64,000 nucleotides of DNA from Halarcobacter sp. (GCA_963676565.1 OY781089.1:1600001-1664000), one strand, 5' to 3'; counted from the stretch's first letter, positions 9,921 to 22,075 are shown. Program-made: numbers and translations. The notes: generated by a model not told the origin, from the letters alone.

Positions 9921-11289
9921 CAATACCTAAAGCTAAACCTTTTTGATATTTAGAATAAAATAATCTTTTCCCCTCTTTTGGGTGAGTTATATATCCAACT
10001 TCGATTAAAACTGATGGCATTTGAGCTCCAACAAGTACCCAAAATGGACCTTCTCTAACACCACTATCAACAACATCTTTATATATTTTTCTAGCACTAT
10101 AAAGCATGTTTCTTTGAATATCAATTGAAAGTTTATGGGATGCTGTTATTCTTGGTCTATTTAATGATTCCAAGAAAGCTTGTTTTGTAGAACCACTCAT
10201 ATTTCTTACATCTGATTTATTTTCAAGTGCTGCGACTCTTTTAGCTCTTTCACTTCTTGCCGGACTTAAGAAAAATGTTTCAACACCTTCCATCTCTCGT
10301 GCTTTTGATTTTGGAACAGCATTAGCATGAATTGAGATAAAAATATCAGCTTTCTTTTTATTGGCTAGTATTGTTCTATTATTTACTTTAATGAATCTAT
10401 CAGAATTTCTAGTTAAATAAACTTTATATCCTCTTTGTTTTAAATATGATTCTAAATATTTTGTTATTTTAAAAACAGCTACTTTTTCATATCTATTTTT
10501 TCCACCTACTGCACCAGAGTCTTTCCCTCCATGTCCAGCATCTAAAACAACAGTTTTTCCTTTTCCTGGAAGATATATCTTTTTCTCTTTTGATATTTTT
10601 GCTATTGTTTTTTTAGGGGTAGTTTTATTTAAACCAAGTACAGTTATTTTGACTGTATCTTTATTTACATGATAAACAGTTTTTAAATTTCTAGTATCTT
10701 CAAAAAGAATTTTTAAAGTGTTTTTATCTTCTTGTTTAATAACTATTTCTTTTACACCATCTATTTTTAATTTAGTTGGAAATGCATCTTTAAAATTACC
10801 CTTTAACTCATAAATATCTTGCGTAGTGTTTTTGAATTTTTTTTCATAAAACTTCACATAATCTTTTGTAACATTTGTATTAAAAGTTATGATAATTTGA
10901 TTGTTTTCATCAACAACAGATTTAATAGTATATTTTGAATTATTAATATTATGTTTTGATATTTTCACTTCTTTAATAGGTTTTATTTTATCAATTTTAA
11001 TAGGCTCAATTTTTTTAGATTTTTCAATTTTAATAGGTTCTATTCTTACACTTTTTACTAAAGAACCATTATATTTTTTTAATTCTTTTTCGTATTTACT
11101 TATATTTAGATTTAATTTTTTTCCTCTATCTATGAGAATTTGTAAACTTTGTATCTCTTTGTCTTGATTGTTATTAAGAACAGCTTTTAAATAAGCTATT
11201 CTTGCTGAGTTATACTCTTCTCTTAGATTATCAGAAGCGTATATTAATGAAGTAATAAAAAGTGATAGAAGAATAAATTTTTTAAAAAT
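9883..11289 (-). CDS. amiA: N-acetylmuramoyl-L-alanine amidase (Amidase_3); probable ATT start at 11289 rather than GTG at 10968
   Basis: VVLDAGHGG, EK, SIHANA, VLIEVGY; in-frame upstream extension encodes a signal peptide behind an AGGAG SD. Confidence 0.92.
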   Translation of the reverse strand: MFKKFILLSLFITSLIYASDNLREEYNSARIAYLKAVLNNNQDKEIQSLQILIDRGKKLNLNISKYEKELKKYNGSLVKSVRIEPIKIEKSKKIEPIKIDKIKPIKEVKISKHNINNSKYTIKSVVDENNQIIITFNTNVTKDYVKFYEKKFKNTTQDIYELKGNFKDAFPTKLKIDGVKEIVIKQEDKNTLKILFEDTRNLKTVYHVNKDTVKITVLGLNKTTPKKTIAKISKEKKIYLPGKGKTVVLDAGHGGKDSGAVGGKNRYEKVAVFKITKYLESYLKQRGYKVYLTRNSDRFIKVNNRTILANKKKADIFISIHANAVPKSKAREMEGVETFFLSPARSERAKRVAALENKSDVRNMSGSTKQAFLESLNRPRITASHKLSIDIQRNMLYSARKIYKDVVDSGVREGPFWVLVGAQMPSVLIEVGYITHPKEGKRLFYSKYQKGLALGIANGIDAYFAKNP

Positions 11290-11290
11290 T

Positions 11291-12370
11291 TTATTCTCCT
11301 TTAGTTAGTTTTTCCATTAATTCATGTACCGAAATAATTTTGTCAATTTTGTATCCGTTTGAACCTGAAAAGAATAATCCAGTATCTTCATCTCCAAGAT
11401 AAGCTGCTCCAAGTCTATCTGCAATACAATATCCAACTGCTTTTGCTTCAACACCTCTATTACATGGAGCAACACAGTTTGAGATACATTGAACTTTTGG
11501 GGCAGAATTGTTTTCAATTGAGAATTGAAGATTTGTTCTAACTCCCCTTGCTGGTAATCCAACCGGAGACTTCATAAGTTTGATATCTTCATCTTTTGCA
11601 TTTAGAAGAACATTTTTAAATTTTTGATCTGCATCACATTCAAAGGTACCAATAAATCTAGTAGCCATTTGAACACCTGCACATCCCATATTCATAAATT
11701 TATCAATATCTTTTTTGTCCCATACTCCACCTGCTGCAATGATTGGAATATCTCCCCATTTCTTTGATTCTTCTATAACTGGAGGAATAATATTTTCTAA
11801 TTGGAATTCTTCTTTAAAACAATCTTCATATTTAAAACCTTGGTGTCCACCACTTAAAGGTCCTTCAACAATAATTGCATCAGGAATTTTGTTATATCTT
11901 TGCCATTTTTTACAAATAAGTTTAAGAGCTCTTGCCGATGATACAATAGGAACTAAAGCAACATCTGGGAAATCTTTTGTAAATTCAGGCATATTTGTAG
12001 GTAAACCAGCACCTGTAATTATAATATTTGCTCCTGCTTCACATGCATCATGAACAACTCTACCATAATCATTAATTGCATAAAGTACATTACATGCTAA
12101 AGGGGCATCACCACATAGTTTTCTTGCATTTGTGAATATCTCTTTTAATGCATCTTTACTATAAAAGTTTGCTACATCTTTAGGTTTATCTTTTTTAGTT
12201 ACTATATTTACGTTTTCACTTAAGTTTTTGTAATAACCAGTCCCAACTCCAGAGATAACTCCTAGGCCACCCTCTTTACTAACACTACCTGCTAATTGAT
12301 CCCAGCTAATTCCTACACCCATACCACCTTGAATGATTGGGTGCTTGATTTCATATTTTCCTATTTTCAA
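11291..12370 (-). CDS. fabX: FMN/4Fe-4S protein of the nitronate monooxygenase family, probable FabX
   Basis: PIIQGGMGVGISW, GGHQG, CISNCVAPC..YC Cys cluster; next to tyrS and amiA. Confidence 0.75.
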   Translation of the reverse strand: MKIGKYEIKHPIIQGGMGVGISWDQLAGSVSKEGGLGVISGVGTGYYKNLSENVNIVTKKDKPKDVANFYSKDALKEIFTNARKLCGDAPLACNVLYAINDYGRVVHDACEAGANIIITGAGLPTNMPEFTKDFPDVALVPIVSSARALKLICKKWQRYNKIPDAIIVEGPLSGGHQGFKYEDCFKEEFQLENIIPPVIEESKKWGDIPIIAAGGVWDKKDIDKFMNMGCAGVQMATRFIGTFECDADQKFKNVLLNAKDEDIKLMKSPVGLPARGVRTNLQFSIENNSAPKVQCISNCVAPCNRGVEAKAVGYCIADRLGAAYLGDEDTGLFFSGSNGYKIDKIISVHELMEKLTKGE

Positions 12371-12386
12371 AATTATTGGCCTTATC

Positions 12387-13595
12387 TTATTTTATTATTA
12401 TCTTAGCGAAACTTTTTTTACCCTTTTGTAAAATATACTCTCCAACTTCCAAATTTAATTTTTCATCTGTTACTTTTTGTTGGTCAATACTTACTGCATT
12501 TGCTTTAACATCACGTCTTGCTTGTGAAGTTGAATTAACTAAATTAGCATCAACCAGTGCTTGACAAATCCAAATTCCTGCTTCCATTTTATATTCAGGC
12601 ATATCTGTAGGAATATCTTTTTTAGCAAATATTTTTTCAAATTCGGCTTTTGCAATTTCCCCTTGCCCCTCACCATGAAATCTTTCAACAAGCTCCATTG
12701 CTAGTTCTTCTTTAACTTTTTTAGGGTGTAGTGAACCATTTTCTACACCAGTTTTTAAATCCTCAATCTCTTTTAATGATTTAGAAGATAAAAGTTCATA
12801 GTATCTCCACATTAAATCATCTGAAATTGATAATGTTTTTCCAAACATATCATTTGGATTATCTGTTACACCAATATAGTTTCCTAATGATTTAGACATC
12901 TTTTGAACACCATCCAAACCTTCTAAAATTGGCATCATTAATACAGCTTGTTGTTTACCTGTATTATAAGCTTTTTGTAAAGTTCTTCCCATAAGTAGGT
13001 TAAATTTTTGGTCTGTTCCACCAAGTTCTATATCTGTACCCATTGCAACAGAATCATAACCTTGAAGTAAAGGATAAGTAAATTCACTTACTGCAATTGG
13101 TGTATTACTTGCATATCTTTTAGAAAAATCATCTCTTTCAAGCATTCTTGCAACTGTTAAGTTTGATGCAAGTGATATTAATCCTCCAGTTCCTAACTCT
13201 TTTAACCATTTTGAGTTAAATTTTACTTCTGTTTTTTCTGGGTCTAAGATTTTAAATACTTGATCTTTATAAGACTGGGCATTTTTTAGTACATCCTCTT
13301 CACTTAAAACTTTTCTGGTTTCACTTTTCCCTGTAGGATCACCAATTGTTGCCGTAAAATCTCCAATTAAGAATTGAACAATCCCTCCAAATTTTTGAAA
13401 TGTTGCCATTTTTTGAATAAGTACAGTATGTCCTAAGTGTAAGTCTGGTGCAGTAGGGTCAAATCCTGCTTTAACATAGAAGTTCTCACCTTTTTCATAA
13501 TAGTTTTTTAGTAGTTTTTCAATACCTTCTATATCAATTATTTCAGCTGTTCCTCTTTGAATTTCAGCTAGGGCTTCTTTAATCTTCTCTTCCAT
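12387..13595 (-). CDS. tyrS: Tyrosine--tRNA ligase
   Basis: [27 protein letters not shown]4-like C-terminus. Confidence 0.98.
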   Translation of the reverse strand: MEEKIKEALAEIQRGTAEIIDIEGIEKLLKNYYEKGENFYVKAGFDPTAPDLHLGHTVLIQKMATFQKFGGIVQFLIGDFTATIGDPTGKSETRKVLSEEDVLKNAQSYKDQVFKILDPEKTEVKFNSKWLKELGTGGLISLASNLTVARMLERDDFSKRYASNTPIAVSEFTYPLLQGYDSVAMGTDIELGGTDQKFNLLMGRTLQKAYNTGKQQAVLMMPILEGLDGVQKMSKSLGNYIGVTDNPNDMFGKTLSISDDLMWRYYELLSSKSLKEIEDLKTGVENGSLHPKKVKEELAMELVERFHGEGQGEIAKAEFEKIFAKKDIPTDMPEYKMEAGIWICQALVDANLVNSTSQARRDVKANAVSIDQQKVTDEKLNLEVGEYILQKGKKSFAKIIIK

Positions 13596-13606
13596 TTTTC
13601 CTCTTT

Positions 13607-15745
13607 TTATGATTTATATGCATCGTTTTTAGAAAAAAATTCAATCACTTTTGCTTTTTTCTCTATAATTTTTCTAACATCATCAACATTAGAATTGTTC
13701 ATTTCAAATTCAATATCACAATATTGTCTATATGAATGTTTTTCTCTACCATACTCTATTTTTAAAATATAACCCTCATATTGACTCATATGCATTAATA
13801 ATTTTGCTAATTCACCTTTTGTATTTGGTAGGCTAACAACCATTTTATATTGATACAATGTATCTTTTGTCCAGTGACAATAAAGCATTTCCTCATTACT
13901 CATGATTTTTTTATAAGCTTTATCACACATTTTATGGTGTATCACAGCTTTGTTACCCTCTTTAAAAGCAACAATTTCATCATTGAACTTTGGATGACAG
14001 CAGTGGTCAAATGATACAGAATTAATACTAAAATTTGAGTATATAATCATATTATCAAATTTTAATTTTTTTATTTTACTAGTGTAGATTTTAAATCTTG
14101 CTACAAAACCTTGTCCACTTATGATATTTTTTTCAATTTCATGTTTTACATGTTTGAAATAATCAAGAATATGAGGTATTTTATGTAATGAGTCTACTTT
14201 GTATCTACTTACAACATCAGGAATTATAGTCTTAAAAACAGAATTTATAATATTTCTTCCTGTTAATTCATCAATCTCTTTTAATCTTTGTGAACATAAG
14301 GCTCTTATTTGTTTTTTTGCTCTATTAGTTTTAACTAAATCAATCCAAGAGCATCTTGGAATTGCATAATCTACAGTTTTAATAGAAACTATATCAGAAC
14401 TATGTAGTTCAGTTAAAAGTGGCTTTTTAATTTTATTGATATTACATTCAACTGCATTTTTACCAACATCAGTGTGAACAGCATATGCAAAATCATAAGC
14501 TGTTGCACCCCTTGGTAAATTAAAAGTATCCCCTTGTGGAGAATAAACTGTTATTTCTTCAGAATAAAGGTCTGCTTTTGTATCGTGATAAAACTCTTCA
14601 ATATTATCATTTGAGTATTCTAATGATTCAAGCCAATTTAAATTTGGTTGTTGAGCTTCACCAATTTTGTATTTCCAGTGGGCTGCAACTCCATATTCAG
14701 CAACTTTATTCATTTCATAGGTTCTAATTTGAACTTCGTATATTTTTGAATTATAAAAAACTGTAGTATGAATAGTTCTATAACCATTCTCTTTAGGAGT
14801 TGCTACATAATCTTTAAATCTTGAAATTAAAGGTTTATATTCCATATGTAAATGACCTAAAACCTTATAACAGTCAATATCATCTTCAACTAAAATTCTT
14901 ATTGCAAGTAAATCTAAAACTTCATCAATAGTTACACCTTTTCTTTGCATCTTTAGGTATATTGAGTAATAGTGTTTAATTCTACTATTGATTTGGATTT
15001 TGCTTAAATCAAAGCCATTTTTTTCCAAAAGCTTCTTAGTTGAAGAGATAAATTTATTGAAAGTTAATTGAATAGCATGTTCATGCTCTTTTATAAAGTT
15101 ATCAATTTTAGTGAACTCGTTTGGATAAATATATGTAAAAGCTAAATCTTCTAAGGTGTTCTTTATTGTAGAGATACCAAGTCTATGGGCAATTGGTACA
15201 TAAACAACCATAGTTTCTTCAGCAATTCTAAGTTGCTTGTTTTGTGGTAAAGAGCCAAGCGTAAGCATATTATGAAGTCTATCACATAGTTTTACAACTA
15301 AAACTCTAACATCATCAATTGAAGCAATAAGCATTTTTCTAAAAGTTAATGCTGATGATATCAATTTTGTATTTGAGTTTGAAGGAACAAGTTCATGTTC
15401 TCTAATCTCATCAATTTTAGTAAGTCCATCAACCATATGGGCAATATCTTCACCCCATCTATCTTTGATGAATTCAAGATTGAATTTTGTATCTTCAACA
15501 ACATCATGTAATAATGCAGTTGCTATGATATCTTCTTCATTTGAAAAACGTGCAGCAACACAAGCAACTAAAATAGGATGAGTTACATAAGGCTCTCCAC
15601 TTTTTCTAAATTGGCCCTCATGGGCTTCAATAGAAAAGTCAAGAATCTCTTGTAACTTTTGAGTTATTTTGGTTTCTGAATAAAGTAGTTCAATAGCATC
15701 TTTTAAATTATTGATACTTTGAATTTTTAGAATAAATGGATCCAT
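13607..15745 (-). CDS. spoT: Bifunctional (p)ppGpp synthetase/hydrolase
   Basis: RKSGEPY..HP, LHDVVED, DRLHNM, EVQIRT, HWKYK, TGS domain. Confidence 0.97.
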   Translation of the reverse strand: MDPFILKIQSINNLKDAIELLYSETKITQKLQEILDFSIEAHEGQFRKSGEPYVTHPILVACVAARFSNEEDIIATALLHDVVEDTKFNLEFIKDRWGEDIAHMVDGLTKIDEIREHELVPSNSNTKLISSALTFRKMLIASIDDVRVLVVKLCDRLHNMLTLGSLPQNKQLRIAEETMVVYVPIAHRLGISTIKNTLEDLAFTYIYPNEFTKIDNFIKEHEHAIQLTFNKFISSTKKLLEKNGFDLSKIQINSRIKHYYSIYLKMQRKGVTIDEVLDLLAIRILVEDDIDCYKVLGHLHMEYKPLISRFKDYVATPKENGYRTIHTTVFYNSKIYEVQIRTYEMNKVAEYGVAAHWKYKIGEAQQPNLNWLESLEYSNDNIEEFYHDTKADLYSEEITVYSPQGDTFNLPRGATAYDFAYAVHTDVGKNAVECNINKIKKPLLTELHSSDIVSIKTVDYAIPRCSWIDLVKTNRAKKQIRALCSQRLKEIDELTGRNIINSVFKTIIPDVVSRYKVDSLHKIPHILDYFKHVKHEIEKNIISGQGFVARFKIYTSKIKKLKFDNMIIYSNFSINSVSFDHCCHPKFNDEIVAFKEGNKAVIHHKMCDKAYKKIMSNEEMLYCHWTKDTLYQYKMVVSLPNTKGELAKLLMHMSQYEGYILKIEYGREKHSYRQYCDIEFEMNNSNVDDVRKIIEKKAKVIEFFSKNDAYKS

Positions 15746-15789
15746 AAATTATTGTAAATCAAAAAATTATAAAAGATTAACTTCTATAA

Positions 15790-16005
15790 CTATTCTTTAT
15801 CTACAAGCCCTTCTATTATTAAAAGTCCACTTGCAATCTCATCAATCGCAATATCAGTATATTTCATATTCTGAGTATTTTTATCTAAAAGTGGTTTTGC
15901 ACCTTTACTTAATTCATCAGCTCTTTGTCCTACAGCAATTGATAAAATATATCTATCGTTGTTAACTCTTTTTAAAGCTTGTGACATTCTTTCTTCTAAT
16001 CTCAT
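15790..16005 (-). CDS. rpoZ: RNA polymerase omega subunit
   Basis: DRYILS..QRA..L, AIDEI; between pyrH and spoT. Confidence 0.93.
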   Translation of the reverse strand: MRLEERMSQALKRVNNDRYILSIAVGQRADELSKGAKPLLDKNTQNMKYTDIAIDEIASGLLIIEGLVDKE

Positions 16006-16023
16006 TTAATATTTCCTTTTATT

Positions 16024-16043
16024 GGTTCCCAAAATAGGGAACC
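16024..16043 (-). terminator. Hairpin between pyrH and rpoZ (terminator or mRNA-stabilising stem)
   Basis: GGTTCCC-aaaata-GGGAACC. Confidence 0.45.
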
Positions 16044-16053
16044 TTAATTATAT

Positions 16054-16806
<753 letters not shown>

Positions 16807-16866
16807 TTAACTACTATAAATTGTGCGATTTTATCTAAAACATCCTAAAAAAATCGTTAAACTAAA

Positions 16867-17934
16867 TTAGCTTAATGCCCATTCATAAAAAGGCAAGACA
16901 TTTACCTCTAAATTTTGTATAAAAAAATGTTCATTATTTGATACACTAATAACGTACAATTCTTTTATATCATATTCATTTGCAACTCTTTTTATTCTTT
17001 TTAATTGACTTTGCATCATTGTTGAATTAAAAAAAGGAATAGAAACAATTGCAATATTTTCATCTGGTATATAAAAGTCTATATAATCTAGATAATAAAG
17101 CTCTTTATATCGATTTAGTAGTTCTAAAAAGATTAAATTTGTTAGTTCATTTTTAAATTTTTTTTTATGGGTAATACTTGAGAATAGGGCACAGTTATAG
17201 GTATATATCTTTTTTACAGCCTTTTCTTGCATGAATTTTGGTAGAAAATATATAATTTTTTCATTTTCTAATCTTTTACACTCTTCATAAAATTTATCTT
17301 TTGAGATTTTAATTTTTTCTTTTAAAGTTAAAAAAATCTGATTTAAGGATTTTTTTTCATCTATATTAAATATCAAAATTTTTAAAATCTCTTCACATGT
17401 TTCATCTTTGTTTATTAGTTTTATTAAATCTTGTAAAGATTCATAGATTTTATAATCAGGTGTTTGAAGAGTTTCTGGTAGGTTTCCATATCTTAAAAAA
17501 TTGTTGAACAAGTGTGTGATATTTTGATTTTTTTTGTCATGAAGTAAGTACTCCTCGAAATCTAAAGGGTTTAAAAAAAGGTTTTTAAACCCTTTTTCTT
17601 TTCTTAATTGTTTAGTTGTAATAATTACACTATCACAATACGGAACTTTAAATTGGAAATCAAAATTTTCTAAAACTATAACTTTTATATTGTTTCTTAT
17701 TACAAACTCTTGAAGATTTTCTTCAATCTCTTCATAAGTATTTCTTATATCATTAAAATCAATATAAATATATTCTTTTGAATCAAAATTTGATAAATAA
17801 TCGAAAATTAAAAAGCTTTTTCCAGATTTAGGAGGGCCAGAAAGGATAGTTTTTGGGTGAGTAATCCTTATTTTTCTTTCAATAAAATTTATTTTTGAAA
17901 ATTCTAATTCATGACAAAACTCAAGGCTTGTCAT
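16867..17934 (-). CDS. AAA-family ATP-binding protein
   Basis: Walker A GPPKSGKS; PLDFEEY, YGNLPE. Confidence 0.75.
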   Translation of the reverse strand: MTSLEFCHELEFSKINFIERKIRITHPKTILSGPPKSGKSFLIFDYLSNFDSKEYIYIDFNDIRNTYEEIEENLQEFVIRNNIKVIVLENFDFQFKVPYCDSVIITTKQLRKEKGFKNLFLNPLDFEEYLLHDKKNQNITHLFNNFLRYGNLPETLQTPDYKIYESLQDLIKLINKDETCEEILKILIFNIDEKKSLNQIFLTLKEKIKISKDKFYEECKRLENEKIIYFLPKFMQEKAVKKIYTYNCALFSSITHKKKFKNELTNLIFLELLNRYKELYYLDYIDFYIPDENIAIVSIPFFNSTMMQSQLKRIKRVANEYDIKELYVISVSNNEHFFIQNLEVNVLPFYEWALS

Positions 17935-18881
17935 GATAGTTTATTTTCCTGTAGATTAACAGCTTCTTTAATTGCATTAATATAACTTTTATAGTTTAGT
18001 TTTCTATCATCTTTGTATGCAATATCAAAAGCTGTCCCGTGGTCAACAGATGTTCTAATAATTGGAAGATTTAGACTTACATTTATACTTTGATCAAAAT
18101 ACAATGCTTTTAAAGGTGCTAATCCTTGGTCGTGATACATAGCTACAAAATATTTAAAGTTTTTCCTTGACATTGGAGAAAATGCAGTATCTGGAACTAA
18201 TGGTCCTTTAAATATTTTTTTATCTAAAGCTTTATTTGCATTTTTAATTGCTTTGAAAATTTCCACCTCTTCATTTCCTAAAACCCCATTATCACTTGCG
18301 TGTGGATTTAAGGCTAAAACACCGATATTTGAAGAGTTTACATTATTATAAAAGTCAATTAAAAAATTCGTTAGTTTCTTTTCTTCAATTGATTTTGCTA
18401 CTTTTTTTAAAGGAATATGTTCAGTAAAAAGTCCTACAAATAATTTTTTACAACCTAACATCATAATGGCATCTTCACCAAAAAAGTCTCTTAATACTTC
18501 TGTATGACCTTTATATTTGATATCTGCTTTATTCCAAGATTCTTTGTTGATAGGAAGAGTTACTATTGCTTTAACTTTATTCTTATTTGCTAAGTTTATA
18601 GCTTCTGTAAAAGAATCGTATGAAAACTTACCACTTTTTTTAGATACTTGTCCTGGTTTAATCTCAAATTCACCTTTTACATTAACGGTATCAAAATCAT
18701 CAGGAATTTCTAGTTTTAAAAGTTTAGCAGCCTCTTTTAGCATCTTTTTATTTATGCAATATAGAGGTTTACAGTATTTAGAGATTTTTTCATGGGCTTT
18801 TAAAGCAATTTCAATACCTATCCCGTTTAAATCACCAATTGAAACTGCTATTAAAGGTTTCTCTTCTATTTTTTTGCTCAT
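17931..18881 (-). CDS. pdxA: 4-hydroxythreonine-4-phosphate dehydrogenase
   Basis: GHTE, LNPHA, MYHDQGL, RTSVDHGTAFDIA. Confidence 0.97.
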   Translation of the reverse strand: MSKKIEEKPLIAVSIGDLNGIGIEIALKAHEKISKYCKPLYCINKKMLKEAAKLLKLEIPDDFDTVNVKGEFEIKPGQVSKKSGKFSYDSFTEAINLANKNKVKAIVTLPINKESWNKADIKYKGHTEVLRDFFGEDAIMMLGCKKLFVGLFTEHIPLKKVAKSIEEKKLTNFLIDFYNNVNSSNIGVLALNPHASDNGVLGNEEVEIFKAIKNANKALDKKIFKGPLVPDTAFSPMSRKNFKYFVAMYHDQGLAPLKALYFDQSINVSLNLPIIRTSVDHGTAFDIAYKDDRKLNYKSYINAIKEAVNLQENKLS

Positions 18882-19654
18882 AATAGTTCTTTCATATCTT
18901 TTATAGCTTTTTCAAGTCCAGTAAAAACTGATCTTGCAATGATACTTTGACCTATATTTAATTCACTTATTGTTTTTAATTTTGAGATTTCTGTAACATT
19001 TTGATAGTTTAATCCATGTCCTGCAGCTACTTTTAAACCTAAATCAACAGCTTTTGAAGCAGATTTCTTAATCTCTTTTTTGCTATTTAAAAGAAGTTCT
19101 TTTAACTCTTCTCTACTTATTTCTAACTCTTTAATACTATGTTGTGAGTTTGAAAGGTTTCCATAAAGCATTGCATATAAATTTGCAAAAGTTCCTGTGT
19201 GAAGTTCTACCCATTCAACTTCTAAATCATGGGATAACTCAATCATTTTTTTATCTGGGTCAATAAATAAAGATACTTCTATATCATTATCATGAAGTTT
19301 TTTTACAGCTTTTTTTATTTTTGAATATCCTGATTCTAAATCAAGTCCACCTTCAGTAGTTACTTCTTCTCTTTTCTCTGGAACAAGTGTAGCTCTATGG
19401 GGTTTTAATTCACAAACAATATCAATAATATCTTCATCTATTGCACACTCTAAATTTACAGGTAAAGTAGAAAGTTTACAGATATTTTTTGCATCGTCAT
19501 CATTAATATGACGTCTATCTTCTCTTAGATGTATTGTTATTTGATCTGCACCAGCTATTTTACAAATTCCCAAGGCATCTATAGGATTTGGGTCATTGAT
19601 TTTTCTAGCCTCTCTTAATACTGCGATATGGTCAATATTTACTCCAAGTAACAA
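18878..19654 (-). CDS. pdxJ: Pyridoxine 5'-phosphate synthase
   Basis: LGVNIDH, HLREDRRHI, TTEGGL, AGHGLNY. Confidence 0.98.
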   Translation of the reverse strand: MLLGVNIDHIAVLREARKINDPNPIDALGICKIAGADQITIHLREDRRHINDDDAKNICKLSTLPVNLECAIDEDIIDIVCELKPHRATLVPEKREEVTTEGGLDLESGYSKIKKAVKKLHDNDIEVSLFIDPDKKMIELSHDLEVEWVELHTGTFANLYAMLYGNLSNSQHSIKELEISREELKELLLNSKKEIKKSASKAVDLGLKVAAGHGLNYQNVTEISKLKTISELNIGQSIIARSVFTGLEKAIKDMKELL

Positions 19655-19663
19655 ATTAATCCT

Positions 19664-21073
19664 TTATGATAAATCTTTTAGTGTTGAGATATTTGCGGCA
19701 AGTTTATTTTGAACTTCTAAGTATTCAAGTTCAGGAATAGAATCTGCAACAACTCCAGCTCCTGCTTGGAAAATAATCTCATCTTCTTTTATTAATGATG
19801 TTCTAATTGTAATTGCAGAGTCCATATTTCCATCAAAACCGAAATAAGCAATACTTCCAGAATAAAAATTTCTTTTTATTCCTTCAAATTGAGCAATTAA
19901 TTCCATTGCTCTAATTTTTGGTGCTCCTGTCATTGTTCCTGCTGTAAAAGTAGCAGCAAAAAGATCAAACATATCGTATTTGTCATCAATTATTGCTTCT
20001 ACATCAGAAACCATATGCATTACATGTGAGTACTTTTCTACTCTCATTAAATCAGTTACTTTTACAGTTCCTGGTCGTGCAACTCTACCTACATCATTTC
20101 TACCAAGGTCAACTAACATTAGATGTTCTGCTTTTTCTTTTACATCAGATAACATCTCTTCTTCAAGTTCTAAATCTCGGTCAATGTTTTTTCCTCTTTT
20201 TCTAGTACCTGCAATAGGTCTTAAAAGTAGGTGTCCATCAACAAGTTTAATCATAACCTCTGGAGAACTTCCAGCAATTGTAAAGTCTTCATATTCAAGT
20301 AAAAATAGATAAGGACTAGGGTTTTTACTTCTTAATGCCCTATAAAAACTAAGATGGTCAACCTTTGCTTTTTGGATAAATCTATTTGACATTAAAATCT
20401 GAAAAACATCTCCAGATCTAATCATCTTTTTAGATTCTTCTACCATTTCAAAGAATTTTTCTTTTGAATAGTTAAATTTACCCTCGTCAATAATTTTTGC
20501 TTTTTTAAGTGGCGTAAATTCATAGGGTTTAAAAAGCTCTTCTTCAATTTTTTCTAGGTCATTTTTAAATGATTCAACTGAAGTAACCATAATCAATTTT
20601 GATGTTTTATGTGAAAATCCTAAGATGATGTTTGGTCTAATTAAATCTAAATCAGGCATATTTAATTGGTCTTCTAAATTGTTCATTGATTCTTTTAATT
20701 TTGGTTCAAACTCTTTACCTATGTCATAGCCAACATTACCTATAAAACCATCAACTAAACCAATTCCTAACTCTAAAGCTTTTTGTTTATAAAACTCTTT
20801 ATCAAAATTTTTATAATATTTTTGTAGAAACTTTAAAGGGTTTGATTCAACCTCTGAAACTTCACCTTTTTCATTCTTATAAAAACAGGTGTTGTTTTCA
20901 TACCAAACTCGTTCTCTATCTCCAATTACTATAAAAGAGTAGTTTCCATCACTTGAGTTTATTGTACTTTCAAAAAGAAAAGTAATTTCATCTTTGTATA
21001 AATTTTTAACTTTTTCATAGATCGAAACTGGTGTGAATTGATCTAGAAAAAGTTCTTTTGAATAAAATTGCAT
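19664..21073 (-). CDS. trpE: Anthranilate synthase component I
   Basis: NPSPY, GSSPE, RPIAGT, EHLMLVDLGRND, GAPKIRAM, QAGAG. Confidence 0.9.
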   Translation of the reverse strand: MQFYSKELFLDQFTPVSIYEKVKNLYKDEITFLFESTINSSDGNYSFIVIGDRERVWYENNTCFYKNEKGEVSEVESNPLKFLQKYYKNFDKEFYKQKALELGIGLVDGFIGNVGYDIGKEFEPKLKESMNNLEDQLNMPDLDLIRPNIILGFSHKTSKLIMVTSVESFKNDLEKIEEELFKPYEFTPLKKAKIIDEGKFNYSKEKFFEMVEESKKMIRSGDVFQILMSNRFIQKAKVDHLSFYRALRSKNPSPYLFLLEYEDFTIAGSSPEVMIKLVDGHLLLRPIAGTRKRGKNIDRDLELEEEMLSDVKEKAEHLMLVDLGRNDVGRVARPGTVKVTDLMRVEKYSHVMHMVSDVEAIIDDKYDMFDLFAATFTAGTMTGAPKIRAMELIAQFEGIKRNFYSGSIAYFGFDGNMDSAITIRTSLIKEDEIIFQAGAGVVADSIPELEYLEVQNKLAANISTLKDLS

Positions 21074-21089
21074 TAAATTAAATACCTTA

Positions 21090-22037
21090 TTAGAATGTCA
21101 AAATAAATGCCCCTGAAACATTAAGTTTTTTCTTAATATCATCAGTTGCTAATCTTGCTTGTCCTCTACTATTATATGGTCCAATTAAAACTTTATGGAA
21201 CATTTTTCCATTTATAGAGACTTTGTAAATTTTGTATGAGTAACCTTTTGATTTAATATTATTTAAATATTTTACACTTGGCATTTTTGAAAATGCTCCA
21301 ATTTGGACAAATGTTCCTTTTGGTTTAGTTGTAATTGTTGAAGATGTTTTAGTCGCAGTTGATTTTACAACTTTTTTAGGTTCTTCTTTTTTTACTATAG
21401 GTTTTGGTTCAGGTTGTTTTTTTTCTGGAACTACAACAGCTTCCTCTTTTTTAACTTCAAAAACATCTGGTTTAGTTTCCGTTTCAGTTGGTTCAACTAC
21501 TAACTCTTTTTCTTCAATCTTTTTTAGGTCTAAGTTCTCTTCAACTTTTTCATCAATAGCCTGTGCTTTTTGATTTTCTTCTTTTATATTTTTTAGTTTT
21601 TCATTTATGATTTTTTGGTATTGTTCTTCAATATTTTCACTTTGAACAGATTCTTGTGCATCTTGCTTAGACTCTTTTGTAAAACTATCATTTTCATTTG
21701 GTGAGTCATTTGTTAAAAGACGAATTATTATAACAGTCAATAAAAATAAAATTACTAGAACAAGTCCTAAAATAAGGTATTTTTTCTTATTTTGCTCATT
21801 AGATTTTCCTTGACCTAACATAATATCTGAATATTCTTTCTCTTCTTGAATTTCAATCTCTCTGTCAAGTCTTGAAGTATTCATTTGACCTGGTTGATGA
21901 GGTTCTTGTCTTGGAGTATCATTATTGTTTTCATAAACAGACTCCGCATCATTTATCTCATTTAACCTTTGTTCAATCTCATTTTTTTCTTGTTGTAATT
22001 GAACTTTTTTTATAAAATCTTCGCCTTTTATTTCCAT
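21090..22037 (-). CDS. SPOR-domain membrane protein
   Basis: One TM, charged linker, C-terminal VQIGAF..VLIGPY. Confidence 0.88.
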   Translation of the reverse strand: MEIKGEDFIKKVQLQQEKNEIEQRLNEINDAESVYENNNDTPRQEPHQPGQMNTSRLDREIEIQEEKEYSDIMLGQGKSNEQNKKKYLILGLVLVILFLLTVIIIRLLTNDSPNENDSFTKESKQDAQESVQSENIEEQYQKIINEKLKNIKEENQKAQAIDEKVEENLDLKKIEEKELVVEPTETETKPDVFEVKKEEAVVVPEKKQPEPKPIVKKEEPKKVVKSTATKTSSTITTKPKGTFVQIGAFSKMPSVKYLNNIKSKGYSYKIYKVSINGKMFHKVLIGPYNSRGQARLATDDIKKKLNVSGAFILTF

Positions 22038-22056
22038 AACTTATACCCTTTTTACT

Positions 22057-22075
22057 AGCTCCTTAAAAAGGAGCT
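22057..22075 (-). terminator. Hairpin between glyA and the SPOR gene
   Basis: AGCTCCTT-aaa-AAGGAGCT. Confidence 0.45.

Noticed and set aside
10901..11167. 88-aa plus-strand ORF
   Set aside because: Antisense shadow of the amiA N-terminal region
10968..11290. amiA as a frameshifted pseudogene
   Set aside because: Codon-by-codon reading shows a continuous frame to 11289
16867..17934. AAA ATPase as a defence system
   Set aside because: Overlaps pdxA within a housekeeping run and has no partner effector
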